NCBI GenBank assembly: GCA_018830565.1
Contig: JAHJRX010000062.1
Coordinates: 2,324-66,323 of the forward strand
DNA: 64,000 bases
Direction of reading: 5' to 3'
Source: a bacterium
GTDB taxonomy: Bacteria; UBA9089; JAHJRX01
The notes under the pieces are model-generated. The model did not search any database and was not told where the DNA came from. It saw only the letters and a program-made list of their open reading frames with translations. Made by a program: the position numbers and the translations under genes. This document shows, in pieces, positions 27,671 through 36,377 of the stretch. Every line of letters starts with the position of its first letter. The stretch's first letter is position 1.

Positions 27671-28097
27671 TAATAAGTATTATATATAATATTAAATTAT
27701 AACTCGGAAGAAAAAATATGTCAAAATAAAAATAAAGATTGTGTTAGCCACAAATAGAGATAAAGATTATACGAATTCCCCAACTTTGTAAAAAGATAGC
27801 AGAAACGGATTATTTTTAGAGAAGAAGCAAAAGAGAGAAAAGAGAAAGTAAAAATATTTAAAAAAATAGAGGAGATTTAGAGAGAAGAAATGCCTAAAGA
27901 ATAAGTGAGGACGGCATATTTTTGTTTTTCTCTCTTTTCTCTTTGACAAAAAAACAAAGTGATAGCCGTCCCCAAAGGACAATTATGAATATAAATATCG
28001 GCAGATTTGAAGAATTCAGTAAAAGAATTCAAATAAAAAAGTATCGGATAAAAACAAGCGGCCAATAATATTTTGGCATAACTCTTACTCTATTATC

Positions 28098-28538
28098 TTA
28101 ATTAATTAAATAACTAGCAATTTTATAAGCTATGTAATCTCTTTTAGAAGAAGAAAATTCTTTCATCTCGTTAATATCTTTACCCATTATTTTATCTCTA
28201 ATCTTATCCGCAATTACTTCAGAGATTTTCCTCGTTAAATATTGTCCTTCTTCTATAACCTTTCTATACTTGGCAATATTTTCTTTTCCTTCTAAATAAG
28301 CATCTTCTAATTGGGAAATAACAACTTCGGTTTTATGGGCTAATTTTGCTTTTTTAGAAATAGAAACACGATCATACTCCTTATCATCCTCTATTTCGCT
28401 AGACCCTTCTTCTTTGGAGTTAAGATTACTAATATCCTTGGTTTTTACTTGGTCTGCATCTGATTTATTTGTTAAATTATTTATAATATTCTCTTTTTCG
28501 TAATTATAAATGCTGTTTACCCTTAACATAGTTTCCAT
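28098..28538 (-). CDS. FlgM-like anti-sigma-28 factor family protein (tentative)
   Basis: The C-terminal part DRVSISKKAKL...NIAKYRKVIEEGQYLTRKISEVIADKI matches the FlgM pattern (D-x-V-x-I-S ... I-x-x-G-x-Y ... IA-x-K). At 146 aa it is longer than typical FlgM proteins. Confidence 0.4.
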   Translation of the reverse strand: METMLRVNSIYNYEKENIINNLTNKSDADQVKTKDISNLNSKEEGSSEIEDDKEYDRVSISKKAKLAHKTEVVISQLEDAYLEGKENIAKYRKVIEEGQYLTRKISEVIADKIRDKIMGKDINEMKEFSSSKRDYIAYKIASYLIN

Positions 28539-28701
28539 CTTTATAGCCCCTTTTAAAATATTCTTCTTATTATTAATATCGGTAGAAGATAAGAAATAAT
28601 TTAATTAAAAATAGTAATTCTTGTTTTATGTCAACGGGCATGCAATAATGTACCATAAATGGGAATGAAAGTGTACCACCCCGGTGGATAAAATGTGGTA
28701 A

Positions 28702-28911
28702 CCTCTTTTCAAGAAAGCGACCTGGATTTTCGATAGACTAAAGGGGTCGGATGCCCCGGCGGCTACAATACGGTCAAACGTTATGTTAGTGTTATCAAAG
28801 AACGGAAGATATAATGCAGCTACCAAACCAATTACTTCTAATGATACACCTGATAGTCAGGCTAAGAATCGAAGGGTAGAGATTGTTATTATTGAGCAGC
28901 ATTCTCGGTGA
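28702..28911 (+). pseudogene. Remnant of the C-terminal end of an OmpA/MotB-family domain
   Basis: The open frame has no plausible start and reads ...KGSDAPAATIRSNVMLVLSKNGRYNAATKPITSNDTPDSQAKNRRVEIVIIEQHSR*. The NRRVEIVI ending is the OmpA_C hallmark. Confidence 0.6.
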
Positions 28912-28949
28912 AAGTAACTGCTCAGGTGTAAATACAAGAAAAAAAGGTA

Positions 28950-30836
28950 TTAACACTCCTGCTGCAATTCCATCAGCCTTTGTTCAAACTCTTTGGATTT
29001 TGTATCATGCTCATTAATTAACGATTCCAGCTTCTTAAAAATAGCTGCAATCCGATTATTCAATCTGTTAATAGAAACAGATAGCCTTGATATAGCCTTA
29101 CTGTCGCCCTTTTCTGAAGCCTCGACAAGGGCAAGGCTTTCTGTTTCTACATCCTTTTCCAGAAGCATGATATTTTTTTCCATATCAACAATCATTTTTT
29201 GTAATGGTCCGAGTGTTTTTGAACGGCTTTCATTTAATTGTGCCCTGAGTCTCCGCAGCTCCTTTTTATTGATATTTTTGTTTTGTCTGCTGTTGGCACG
29301 GCTATCTTCATCCTCATCTACCCGCTCACTCTCCCATCCTACCCTATCCAGAAATTCCTGATATGTTCCCTCAAACACGGCCACCTTGCCGTTGTCAAAT
29401 ACAATCAGCCTTGTTGCCACGGCATTGAGGATCAGCTCGCTGTGGGTAACGATGATAATCCCGCCGTCAAATGCCTCAATAGCCTCGACCAATGAATCAA
29501 TGGACTCCATATCCAGATGATTGGTAGGTTCATCAAGCAGCAAGAGATTGGCAGGGGTTACCAGCAGTTTTCCCATCAAAACCCTGCTCTTTTCACCGCC
29601 GGAAAGCACCTCTATCTTTTTTAATGCATTGTCGCCGCTAAACATCATGGTTCCGCATATCTTGCGGGCAACGCCCTTGCTGCAATCAGAATTCGTGTCC
29701 ATTAGCTCCTGCTCAATTGTTTTTTTAGGATTAAGGCGGTTGATATTGGTCTGTCCAAAATAAGCGACAGATAGATTTTGACTGTATTGAATCGTTCCTG
29801 TTTGTGGCTGTAACTCACCTGCAAGAATATCCAAAAGGGTGGTCTTGCCTTTTCCGTTTTTACCGATAATGGCAATCCTGTCATTTTTTCCAACAGCTAC
29901 GGTTAAGTCGTTAATAAGCAGCGGGGCAGCCTTTGCCAGAGGGGCTCCCTCCTGATAAGAAAACGATATATTTGCAGCATTCATCAGCCATTTACCCGGA
30001 AAGGGTGCTGCCCTAAATGAAAAATCAAGGGTTTTTATGTTAGACAATTTTTCCAGATTCTCCATCTTTTCAAGGGACTTTATCCGTGATTGGACAGCCT
30101 TTGCCTTTGTAGCCTTTGCTCTGAAACGGTTGACAAACTCTTCTATCTCATTGCGTTTTTTTTCATCATTAACACGGGTCTTCTCATGTATCTCTTCTTG
30201 CTGTAATAGCTGCTGATACAATTTCTGGGTAGATCCGGCGATCTTTTGCATCTTACAGCGGTGTATAGCCATTGTATGTGTTGTTACGCTGTCCATAAAA
30301 TCACGGTCATGGGTGATGATCATCATCTCGTCTTTCCAATTGCGAAGAAACCGCGTCAGCCATCGCATGGATACAATATCCAAATAATTGGTTGGTTCGT
30401 CAAGAAGGAGGAGATTAGGCTCAGAAACCAACACCTTGGCAAGATTCAGACGAATCTGATAGCCGCCAGAGAGCATCAAAGGGCTGCGGTCAAAATCATC
30501 ACGAGTAAACCCAATACCAAGGAGGATGGTTTCCACCTTATAGCTTTCATCAATCCCATCCTCAGACACAGGAAGGCTGAGGCATCCCTCTTTCAGAACA
30601 GTATCTTCAGTAAATCGTATGTGCTGAGAAAGATGCCCGATAGTGTAGTGTTTTGGAACACTAATAAGCCCGGCATCAGGATGTTCTTCTCCGAGTATCA
30701 TCTTAAAAAGGGTTGTTTTGCCATGTCCATTCCTTCCAACCAATCCAATCCGTTCACCGGGATTTATGACGAAACTAACATTACTAAAAATCTCCTGTGA
30801 ACCGTAAGCCTTTTCTAACCCACTAACCTTAAACAT
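28950..30836 (-). CDS. ABC-F family ATPase (Uup-like, with a C-terminal coiled coil)
   Basis: Two ABC cassettes (GRNGHGKTT and GKNGKGKTT; LSGGYQIR and LSGGEKSR) with no TM domain, plus a charged C-terminal tail. Confidence 0.85.
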   Translation of the reverse strand: MFKVSGLEKAYGSQEIFSNVSFVINPGERIGLVGRNGHGKTTLFKMILGEEHPDAGLISVPKHYTIGHLSQHIRFTEDTVLKEGCLSLPVSEDGIDESYKVETILLGIGFTRDDFDRSPLMLSGGYQIRLNLAKVLVSEPNLLLLDEPTNYLDIVSMRWLTRFLRNWKDEMMIITHDRDFMDSVTTHTMAIHRCKMQKIAGSTQKLYQQLLQQEEIHEKTRVNDEKKRNEIEEFVNRFRAKATKAKAVQSRIKSLEKMENLEKLSNIKTLDFSFRAAPFPGKWLMNAANISFSYQEGAPLAKAAPLLINDLTVAVGKNDRIAIIGKNGKGKTTLLDILAGELQPQTGTIQYSQNLSVAYFGQTNINRLNPKKTIEQELMDTNSDCSKGVARKICGTMMFSGDNALKKIEVLSGGEKSRVLMGKLLVTPANLLLLDEPTNHLDMESIDSLVEAIEAFDGGIIIVTHSELILNAVATRLIVFDNGKVAVFEGTYQEFLDRVGWESERVDEDEDSRANSRQNKNINKKELRRLRAQLNESRSKTLGPLQKMIVDMEKNIMLLEKDVETESLALVEASEKGDSKAISRLSVSINRLNNRIAAIFKKLESLINEHDTKSKEFEQRLMELQQEC

Positions 30837-30999
30837 ATTATCCTTCCTTCACCTAAAAGGGTTGTAATTTGTAAACGTTCGGCTGTCAGCTGTCAGTTCA
30901 TTTGCCTTGATTTTATGGTCTGGACTTTCTGCTGATAGCTGACGGCTGAATACTTACCAAATAATACTAATAACGGTTATCCTGCTTAAAGCAAGGCAA

Positions 31000-31692
31000 T
31001 CATCTTTCTCCCCCATAGAGAGAAACAATTCCACCGGTTAACTTCTTGGAAAAAAGGTTTTTTAGTTGATTAGAACTCATTAATTTTAAGATTTCTTCCT
31101 CCTTGAGAAAACCCTGGATTGATGAAGAGAGGTAAGTATAAGCTTCTTCTGAACCTGAGATAATTCTACCTAAAAGAGGAACAAATTTAGAGAGATAAAG
31201 CTGGTAAAGGGTAGAAAAAGAAGTTTCTTCTGGTGGGGAAAATTCGAGGATCAAGAGTCGTCCACCATGCTTTAATATCCGCCCCATCTCGGCTAAACCC
31301 TTTTGATAATTACTTAAATTTCTTAATCCAAAACTAATAGTGGCAATATCAAAAGTCTCATCGCGGAAAGGAAGGCAAAGGCCATCTCCTAACAAGAAGA
31401 CAATCTCCTTTTGGAGTTTTATCTTTTTTCCTTTTTGCTTAGCCATAAGAAGCATCTTTTCTGAAATATCTATCGCCACAATCTCTTTACAAAGAACTTT
31501 TTTGGCAAATTCTAAGGCAATATCCCCTGTACCGGTGCAAACATCTAAGATCTTTTCACCAGGCTTCACTCTTGCCCATTCCACAAGAGTTTTTCTCCAT
31601 CTTCTGTCCATATTTAAGCTCAGGAGATGATTTAGAAGGTTGTATTTTGGAGCAATAGCGGAAAACAATCTTGAAAGCTCTTTTTTATCCAA
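31000..31692 (-). CDS. menG: Demethylmenaquinone/ubiquinone C-methyltransferase (UbiE/MenG family)
   Basis: YNLLNHLLSLNMDRRWRK and the SAM motif ILDVCTGTGD. Apparent TTG start. Confidence 0.8.
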   Translation of the reverse strand: MDKKELSRLFSAIAPKYNLLNHLLSLNMDRRWRKTLVEWARVKPGEKILDVCTGTGDIALEFAKKVLCKEIVAIDISEKMLLMAKQKGKKIKLQKEIVFLLGDGLCLPFRDETFDIATISFGLRNLSNYQKGLAEMGRILKHGGRLLILEFSPPEETSFSTLYQLYLSKFVPLLGRIISGSEEAYTYLSSSIQGFLKEEEILKLMSSNQLKNLFSKKLTGGIVSLYGGER

Positions 31693-31704
31693 CTTTTTAA
31701 CTTA

Positions 31705-31884
31705 TATGCAATCTGATAAATAACTTTGTATTTCCACCCCCTATCCCCCGCCAGCGGGGGATAGGCTTGCCTTGTCCGAAAAGGCAACGAAACAACGGAC
31801 ATTCACGAGGCTGTCCCCCGCTGGCGGGGGTTAGGGGGTGGATTTTCCCTACGAGGTATGTCAACTTAATTAATGGATTGCATA
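31705..31884. mobile_element. MITE-1 copy C (180 bp)
   Basis: TATGCAATCTG...GGATTGCATA with TA at 31703-04 and 31885-86. It is the reverse complement of copy A along its whole length, and lies 12 nt upstream of the menG start. Confidence 0.8.
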
Positions 31885-31901
31885 TAATCCTTAGAAACTT
31901 A

Positions 31902-32999
31902 CTAAAATTGGTTTAAGATTTCATACTTAGTGTTCCTTTGAAAAGGAAATTTACCAGCCCCTTTTATTAATTCTACCACCTTAAGGACAGACGTTTGGTA
32001 AGCAACACCGGTGGATTTTATTACTTTTTCTTCCATCAAGATACCCCCAAAATCATTTACTCCAAAGGCTAAAGCAATTTGGGCCAGTTTATGTCCTTCG
32101 GTTACCCAACCGGCTTGAATATTAGGTATATTATCAAGAAATATTCGAGAAACAGCTACCGTCTTAAGGTAATCAATGCCTCCTGAAGGTAAAATTTCAG
32201 AAAACTTTGTCTGGGCAGGAGAAAATGTCCAGGGAATGAAAGCCTTAAATCCACCAGTACGGTCTTGAAGAGTACGAATTTGCAACAAATGTTCAATCCT
32301 CTCTGGCCTAGTTTCCATCATTCCAAAGGTCATCGTGGCTGTGGTATGCATACCCGCCAAGTGAGCTTCTTCCATCACCTGCAACCATTGAGCAGTAGTA
32401 ATTTTATGAGGACTGATTATCTTTCTTACCCTATCTACTAAGATTTCTGCTGCTCCGGGGAGTGAGTCTAAACCTGCTTCTTTTAACTTGAGTAAGACCT
32501 CTTTAACTGAAAATCCTGAAATGGTAGAGAGGTAGTAAACTTCAGTTGGGGATAAAGAGTGAAGCCAAATATTAAATTTCTCTTTGATGCTTCGCAACAA
32601 GTCACCATAGTAATCGAGAGAAAGCTCGGGATTAACTCCGCCTTGGAGCATTACTTGGGTTCCTCCTATCTTTACTAATTCTTCCACCTTGCTTAAGATC
32701 TCTTCTTTAGATAAGAGGTAGCCATTCTTTGAATCTTTATTTACGGAAAAGGCACAGAACTTACAGCTGAGGGCGCAAATATTGGTAAAGGTTATATTTC
32801 GATCGATCACAAAAGTAATGATCTCTTCGGGATGATACTTTTTTCTACAATGGTCGGCTAATTTGCCTAAGGAGAGTAAATCAAGATCAAATAAAGATAC
32901 TCCTTCTTCAAGATTTAATCTTTCTCCAGTATATGCCTTTTCTAATACCTCCGCCATCTTCTTCATTTGAAAAACTCCAGTCTTTGGCACGAGGGGCAA
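31902..32999 (-). CDS. mqnC: Cyclic dehypoxanthinyl futalosine synthase (radical SAM)
   Basis: ITFVIDRNITFTNICALSCKFCAF matches the MqnC-type N-terminal pattern (VTFIVDRNINYTN-C). The true start is probably an internal Met (MKKMAEV). Confidence 0.65.
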   Translation of the reverse strand: MPLVPKTGVFQMKKMAEVLEKAYTGERLNLEEGVSLFDLDLLSLGKLADHCRKKYHPEEIITFVIDRNITFTNICALSCKFCAFSVNKDSKNGYLLSKEEILSKVEELVKIGGTQVMLQGGVNPELSLDYYGDLLRSIKEKFNIWLHSLSPTEVYYLSTISGFSVKEVLLKLKEAGLDSLPGAAEILVDRVRKIISPHKITTAQWLQVMEEAHLAGMHTTATMTFGMMETRPERIEHLLQIRTLQDRTGGFKAFIPWTFSPAQTKFSEILPSGGIDYLKTVAVSRIFLDNIPNIQAGWVTEGHKLAQIALAFGVNDFGGILMEEKVIKSTGVAYQTSVLKVVELIKGAGKFPFQRNTKYEILNQF

Positions 33000-33766
33000 A
33001 GTCCTAATTTAGAAGCTTGTTGATAATAAATGAGTAACGCTTCTTGTTCTTGAGGACCAAATTCATATTTAAGATTTTTAAAATACCCATAGAGGTCTAC
33101 ATGTTGAAAACTATCAAAGAGTTTAATGACAATCTCATCCAAATGTTTTAGTCCATAGTCTAAGGATTTTTTAAAAGCTTGGACTATTTCTTTAGTCTTT
33201 TCAGGAAATTTGTGAGCATAATCTTTTTTAACTGCCCAGACAGCAAAGATAACTGCATAGCCAATATATCTTTGCCATAATTCAGCCAGATCGTATAAAA
33301 ATAATCCCTCTTCTTCCTTGACTTGGAGAGCTTCATCGCCAATTAAAAGAGCAGCAGTGGAGTGAAGAAGCATCGATTGAAGTTTAGGCGGCATAACTTT
33401 ATAAAAAGGTTGATAAGCACTAAGAAGAACCTTAACTAAGACTTGGGAAGTAGCACTGGTCTTAGACAAAGCGATAGATTTCCCCTTTAATTTATCTAAG
33501 GGGAGTTTACTCACTAAGATGACACTCTTAACCACCCCCTGCGAGCTTAAACAAAGCTCTGGCAAGAGAAGGTATTCATCTTGATGTCTGGCGTATTCTA
33601 TAGAAGAAATAGGGCTTAGATCAAGTTTTTTAGAAGCCAGCCAGCTATTTAATTGATGGGGCAGCCCTGGTGTTATTCGTGCCTCAATAGGTACTTTTTC
33701 TTCTAAAATTCCATAGTAAGGAGGTAAGCAGTTTATGTAGTTTAAATAACCGAGACGGGTCTTCAT
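32963..33766 (-). CDS. mqnA: Chorismate dehydratase (futalosine pathway)
   Basis: Periplasmic-binding-protein-like fold pattern: LGYLNYINCLPPYY..., LDLSPISSIEY, SVILVS. Confidence 0.7.
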   Translation of the reverse strand: MKTRLGYLNYINCLPPYYGILEEKVPIEARITPGLPHQLNSWLASKKLDLSPISSIEYARHQDEYLLLPELCLSSQGVVKSVILVSKLPLDKLKGKSIALSKTSATSQVLVKVLLSAYQPFYKVMPPKLQSMLLHSTAALLIGDEALQVKEEEGLFLYDLAELWQRYIGYAVIFAVWAVKKDYAHKFPEKTKEIVQAFKKSLDYGLKHLDEIVIKLFDSFQHVDLYGYFKNLKYEFGPQEQEALLIYYQQASKLGLCPSCQRLEFFK

Positions 33767-33775
33767 TCTTGGCTT

Positions 33776-34864
33776 TTATAGCTTTCTTTCTCGATAAAGG
33801 CTGTCTACTTCTTGGGGTATTCTTTTCGCATTCTCAATAATTCTGACTAATCTTTTTTTTGAGATCTCGGTGGGAGTTAAAGCTCCCGCTGCATGAACAA
33901 TCTTTTCTTCTAAGCCAGTCCCACCTATGTCATCGACCCCAAAACAAAGAGCTACTTCGGCTAATTTTTCACCTAAATACATCCATAATCCCTTAATATG
34001 ATCAAAGTTATCTAATAAAATTCGAGAGACGGCAAAGATTCGGAGATCGTCAAAACCATCTGTTCCTCGACAAGAAGAAAGGCTGGTGTTCTTGGGATGA
34101 AAAGCTAAGGGAACAAAGGCTAAAAAACCTTTGGTCTTATCTTGAAGATCCCGAAGAGCTAAAAGATGATCTACTTGCTCTTCCTTAGTCTCCACATGGC
34201 CATAAAGCATAGTAGCATTTGACTTTATGCCAAGGAAATGGGCTTTTTTCATAACTTCTAACCAGCGATTACCACTAATCTTCTTGGGCGAAATAATTTG
34301 ACGAACTCTGGGGCTAAATACCTCTGCCCCCCCACCTGGAATTGAATCAAGTCCTGCTTCTTTTAATTTTTTTAGGACTTCTTCTATGCTCAGTCCTGAA
34401 TTCTTAGAAAAATGGTCTATTTCCACGGCCGTAAAGGCTTGAATAAAGATTTCCGCATCTATCTTCTTAATTCTCTTCAACATCTCTTTGAAATACTCAA
34501 ATGAAAGATGAGGATGTAATCCTCCAACAATATGAAACTCTTTTATCTCAAGCCGCAAACCTTGATAGACTTTTTCTTCTATCTCTTCTAAAGAAAAGAG
34601 ATACCCTTCCTCTAAGTCTTTGGAGAAAGCACATAATGGACATCGAAAAATACAAATGTTAGTATAATTAATATTTAAGTTTGAATTAAAATAAGATTTG
34701 TCCCCAACCTTTCTTTTTCTGACTATATCTGCTAATGACCCCAACGAAAGCAAGTCAGAAGAAGCTATTAACTTAAGACCATCTTCTCTATTAAGCCTTT
34801 TCCCAGCTAAAACCTTTTCTTCGATTTTAGAAAAATCACTCATTATTGACCTCTTCCCTTCCAT
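33776..34864 (-). CDS. mqnE: Aminodeoxyfutalosine synthase (radical SAM)
   Basis: KSYFNSNLNINYTNICIFRCPLCAF matches the MqnE-type pattern (AYFNxNxHINxTNxC). Confidence 0.65.
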   Translation of the reverse strand: MEGKRSIMSDFSKIEEKVLAGKRLNREDGLKLIASSDLLSLGSLADIVRKRKVGDKSYFNSNLNINYTNICIFRCPLCAFSKDLEEGYLFSLEEIEEKVYQGLRLEIKEFHIVGGLHPHLSFEYFKEMLKRIKKIDAEIFIQAFTAVEIDHFSKNSGLSIEEVLKKLKEAGLDSIPGGGAEVFSPRVRQIISPKKISGNRWLEVMKKAHFLGIKSNATMLYGHVETKEEQVDHLLALRDLQDKTKGFLAFVPLAFHPKNTSLSSCRGTDGFDDLRIFAVSRILLDNFDHIKGLWMYLGEKLAEVALCFGVDDIGGTGLEEKIVHAAGALTPTEISKKRLVRIIENAKRIPQEVDSLYRERKL

Positions 34865-35406
34865 TCTTCAGTGGTCTTTAGGCCCAAGAGAGATGTCACC
34901 TTCCTTACTACCGCCTCGACCAGATCGTCAATAGTTTGAGGTTTATGATAAAAAGGTGGCATCGCCGCCACTATATCGGCCCCCATTTTTCTTAAGGTAA
35001 GCATATTTTGAAGATGGATTTCATTTAAGGGAGTTTCTCGGGGCACTAAGATCAGCTGCCTTCTTTCTTTCAGGGTAACATCAGCGGCTCTTTCTATTAG
35101 GTTATCGGAGCTGCCATTAGCAATAGCTGCTAAAGTTCCCATACTACAAGGAATAACGATCATCCCTTCGGTCTTAAATGAACCACTGGCAATGGGAGAA
35201 AAGAGATCGCGGTAATCAAGGTAGTGAAGAATTTCGTTCTCTTTAAAGTAAGTCCCTGCCTCGATATTAAGTTCATGTTTAAATATCTCTTTGGCCGTAT
35301 CAGTAATCATTAAAAAGACTTCCTGTTTCATCTCTAAGAGACATTTAACTAATCTTTCTCCATAAATTACACCACTTGCTCCACTAATACCAACGATATA
35401 ACGCAT
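34843..35406 (-). CDS. ubiX: Flavin prenyltransferase UbiX (MqnM-like role proposed)
   Basis: MRYIVGISGASGVIYG N-terminus, 187 aa, and PCSMGTLAAIANG. Confidence 0.85.
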   Translation of the reverse strand: MRYIVGISGASGVIYGERLVKCLLEMKQEVFLMITDTAKEIFKHELNIEAGTYFKENEILHYLDYRDLFSPIASGSFKTEGMIVIPCSMGTLAAIANGSSDNLIERAADVTLKERRQLILVPRETPLNEIHLQNMLTLRKMGADIVAAMPPFYHKPQTIDDLVEAVVRKVTSLLGLKTTEEWKGRGQ

Positions 35407-35412
35407 ATCTTT

Positions 35413-35540
35413 CCTTCATTTAGCAAGAGATAGAGTAGTAAAGAGAGATAGAGTAGTAAAGATAAGGACAATCGTCAGGAACCTTATTATAACCATTATA
35501 ACCTTCATTTAGCAAGAGATAGAGTAGTAAAGATAAAGAC
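35413..35540. repeat. Duplicated 3-prime end of the prenyltransferase gene in the prenyltransferase/ubiX spacer
   Basis: CCTTCATTTAGCAAGAGATAGAGTAGTAAAG occurs at 35413 and 35502. The first copy carries an extra internal AGAGATAGAGTAGTAAAG. Confidence 0.85.
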
Positions 35541-36377
35541 AGTGAGACTAAACAAGCCATTAGCAGCAAAGAAGGCTTGGTTGACTTTGGAGAGATCGAA
35601 AGGAGAAATAAGACGATGTTCATAGACAAGAAGAATGGTAGCCATCACCAGCCCTACCCAGTAATAGATAGTTAAGTGAGCTAAGATTCCTAGATTGAAC
35701 AAGCAAGTAATAGTTAGAAGATGTAAGGTCTTTGAGATAGTTAATGCTTTTTTTAGCCCAAATGATCTTGGAATAGAATAGAGATTTTCTTCTTGGTCAA
35801 ATTTTAAATCTTGCATAGCGTAGATAATGTCAAAACCAGCAGCCCAGCAAAGCACTCCCAGGCTTAAGATTACAGGGAGAAAGGTAATATCTCCTCGAAT
35901 AGCTATCCATCCTCCCATGGGAGCGCAAGCTAAGATTACACCTATCCCAAAGTGAGTAGCCCAAGTAAATCTTTTAAAGTAGGAATAAGAGACTAACAAA
36001 ACTATGGCTAAAGGAGACAAAACCAGGGCGAGAAAGTTTAAATGATAAGCAGAAAAGAAGAGTAAAAAAAAACCACCAAAGACTAATAACCATACTTGCC
36101 AAAGAGGAATTAATCCTTGGGGCAATGCCCTATTGGCAGTCCGTAGATTCTTAGCATCTATCTTGCGATCTATTAATCTATTTAAGGCCATCCCGGCTGT
36201 TCTTGCTCCAACCATGGCCAAGGTAATCCAGAGCCAATAAGACAAAGGAAAAATACCCCGAAAAGCCAAAAGAGCTCCTAAATAAGCAAAAGGAAGGGCA
36301 AAAATAGTATGTTCAAATTTTACTAACTCAATAAAGAGTCTTATTTTATTCAATCCCATAAGCGTCCCATTTTTCAT
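35505..36377 (-). CDS. UbiA-family polyprenyltransferase (MqnP-like)
   Basis: NRLIDRKIDAKN (NxxxDxxxD) and about 8-9 TM segments. Confidence 0.8.
   Translation of the reverse strand: MKNGTLMGLNKIRLFIELVKFEHTIFALPFAYLGALLAFRGIFPLSYWLWITLAMVGARTAGMALNRLIDRKIDAKNLRTANRALPQGLIPLWQVWLLVFGGFFLLFFSAYHLNFLALVLSPLAIVLLVSYSYFKRFTWATHFGIGVILACAPMGGWIAIRGDITFLPVILSLGVLCWAAGFDIIYAMQDLKFDQEENLYSIPRSFGLKKALTISKTLHLLTITCLFNLGILAHLTIYYWVGLVMATILLVYEHRLISPFDLSKVNQAFFAANGLFSLTVFIFTTLSLAK

Noticed and set aside
27767-28065. ORFs 27767..27982 and 27877..28065 in the AT-rich spacer
   Set aside because: They are extremely low-complexity F/L/K/S strings generated by polypurine/polypyrimidine repeats, overlap each other and have no RBS.
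28626-28826. 66-aa minus-strand ORF
   Set aside because: It overlaps the plus-strand OmpA-domain remnant, which has a clear family signature. The minus-strand translation has none.
35420-35629. 69-aa ORF overlapping the prenyltransferase 3-prime end
   Set aside because: It runs through the duplicated junction repeat and overlaps the real UbiA-like gene, so it is most likely spurious.
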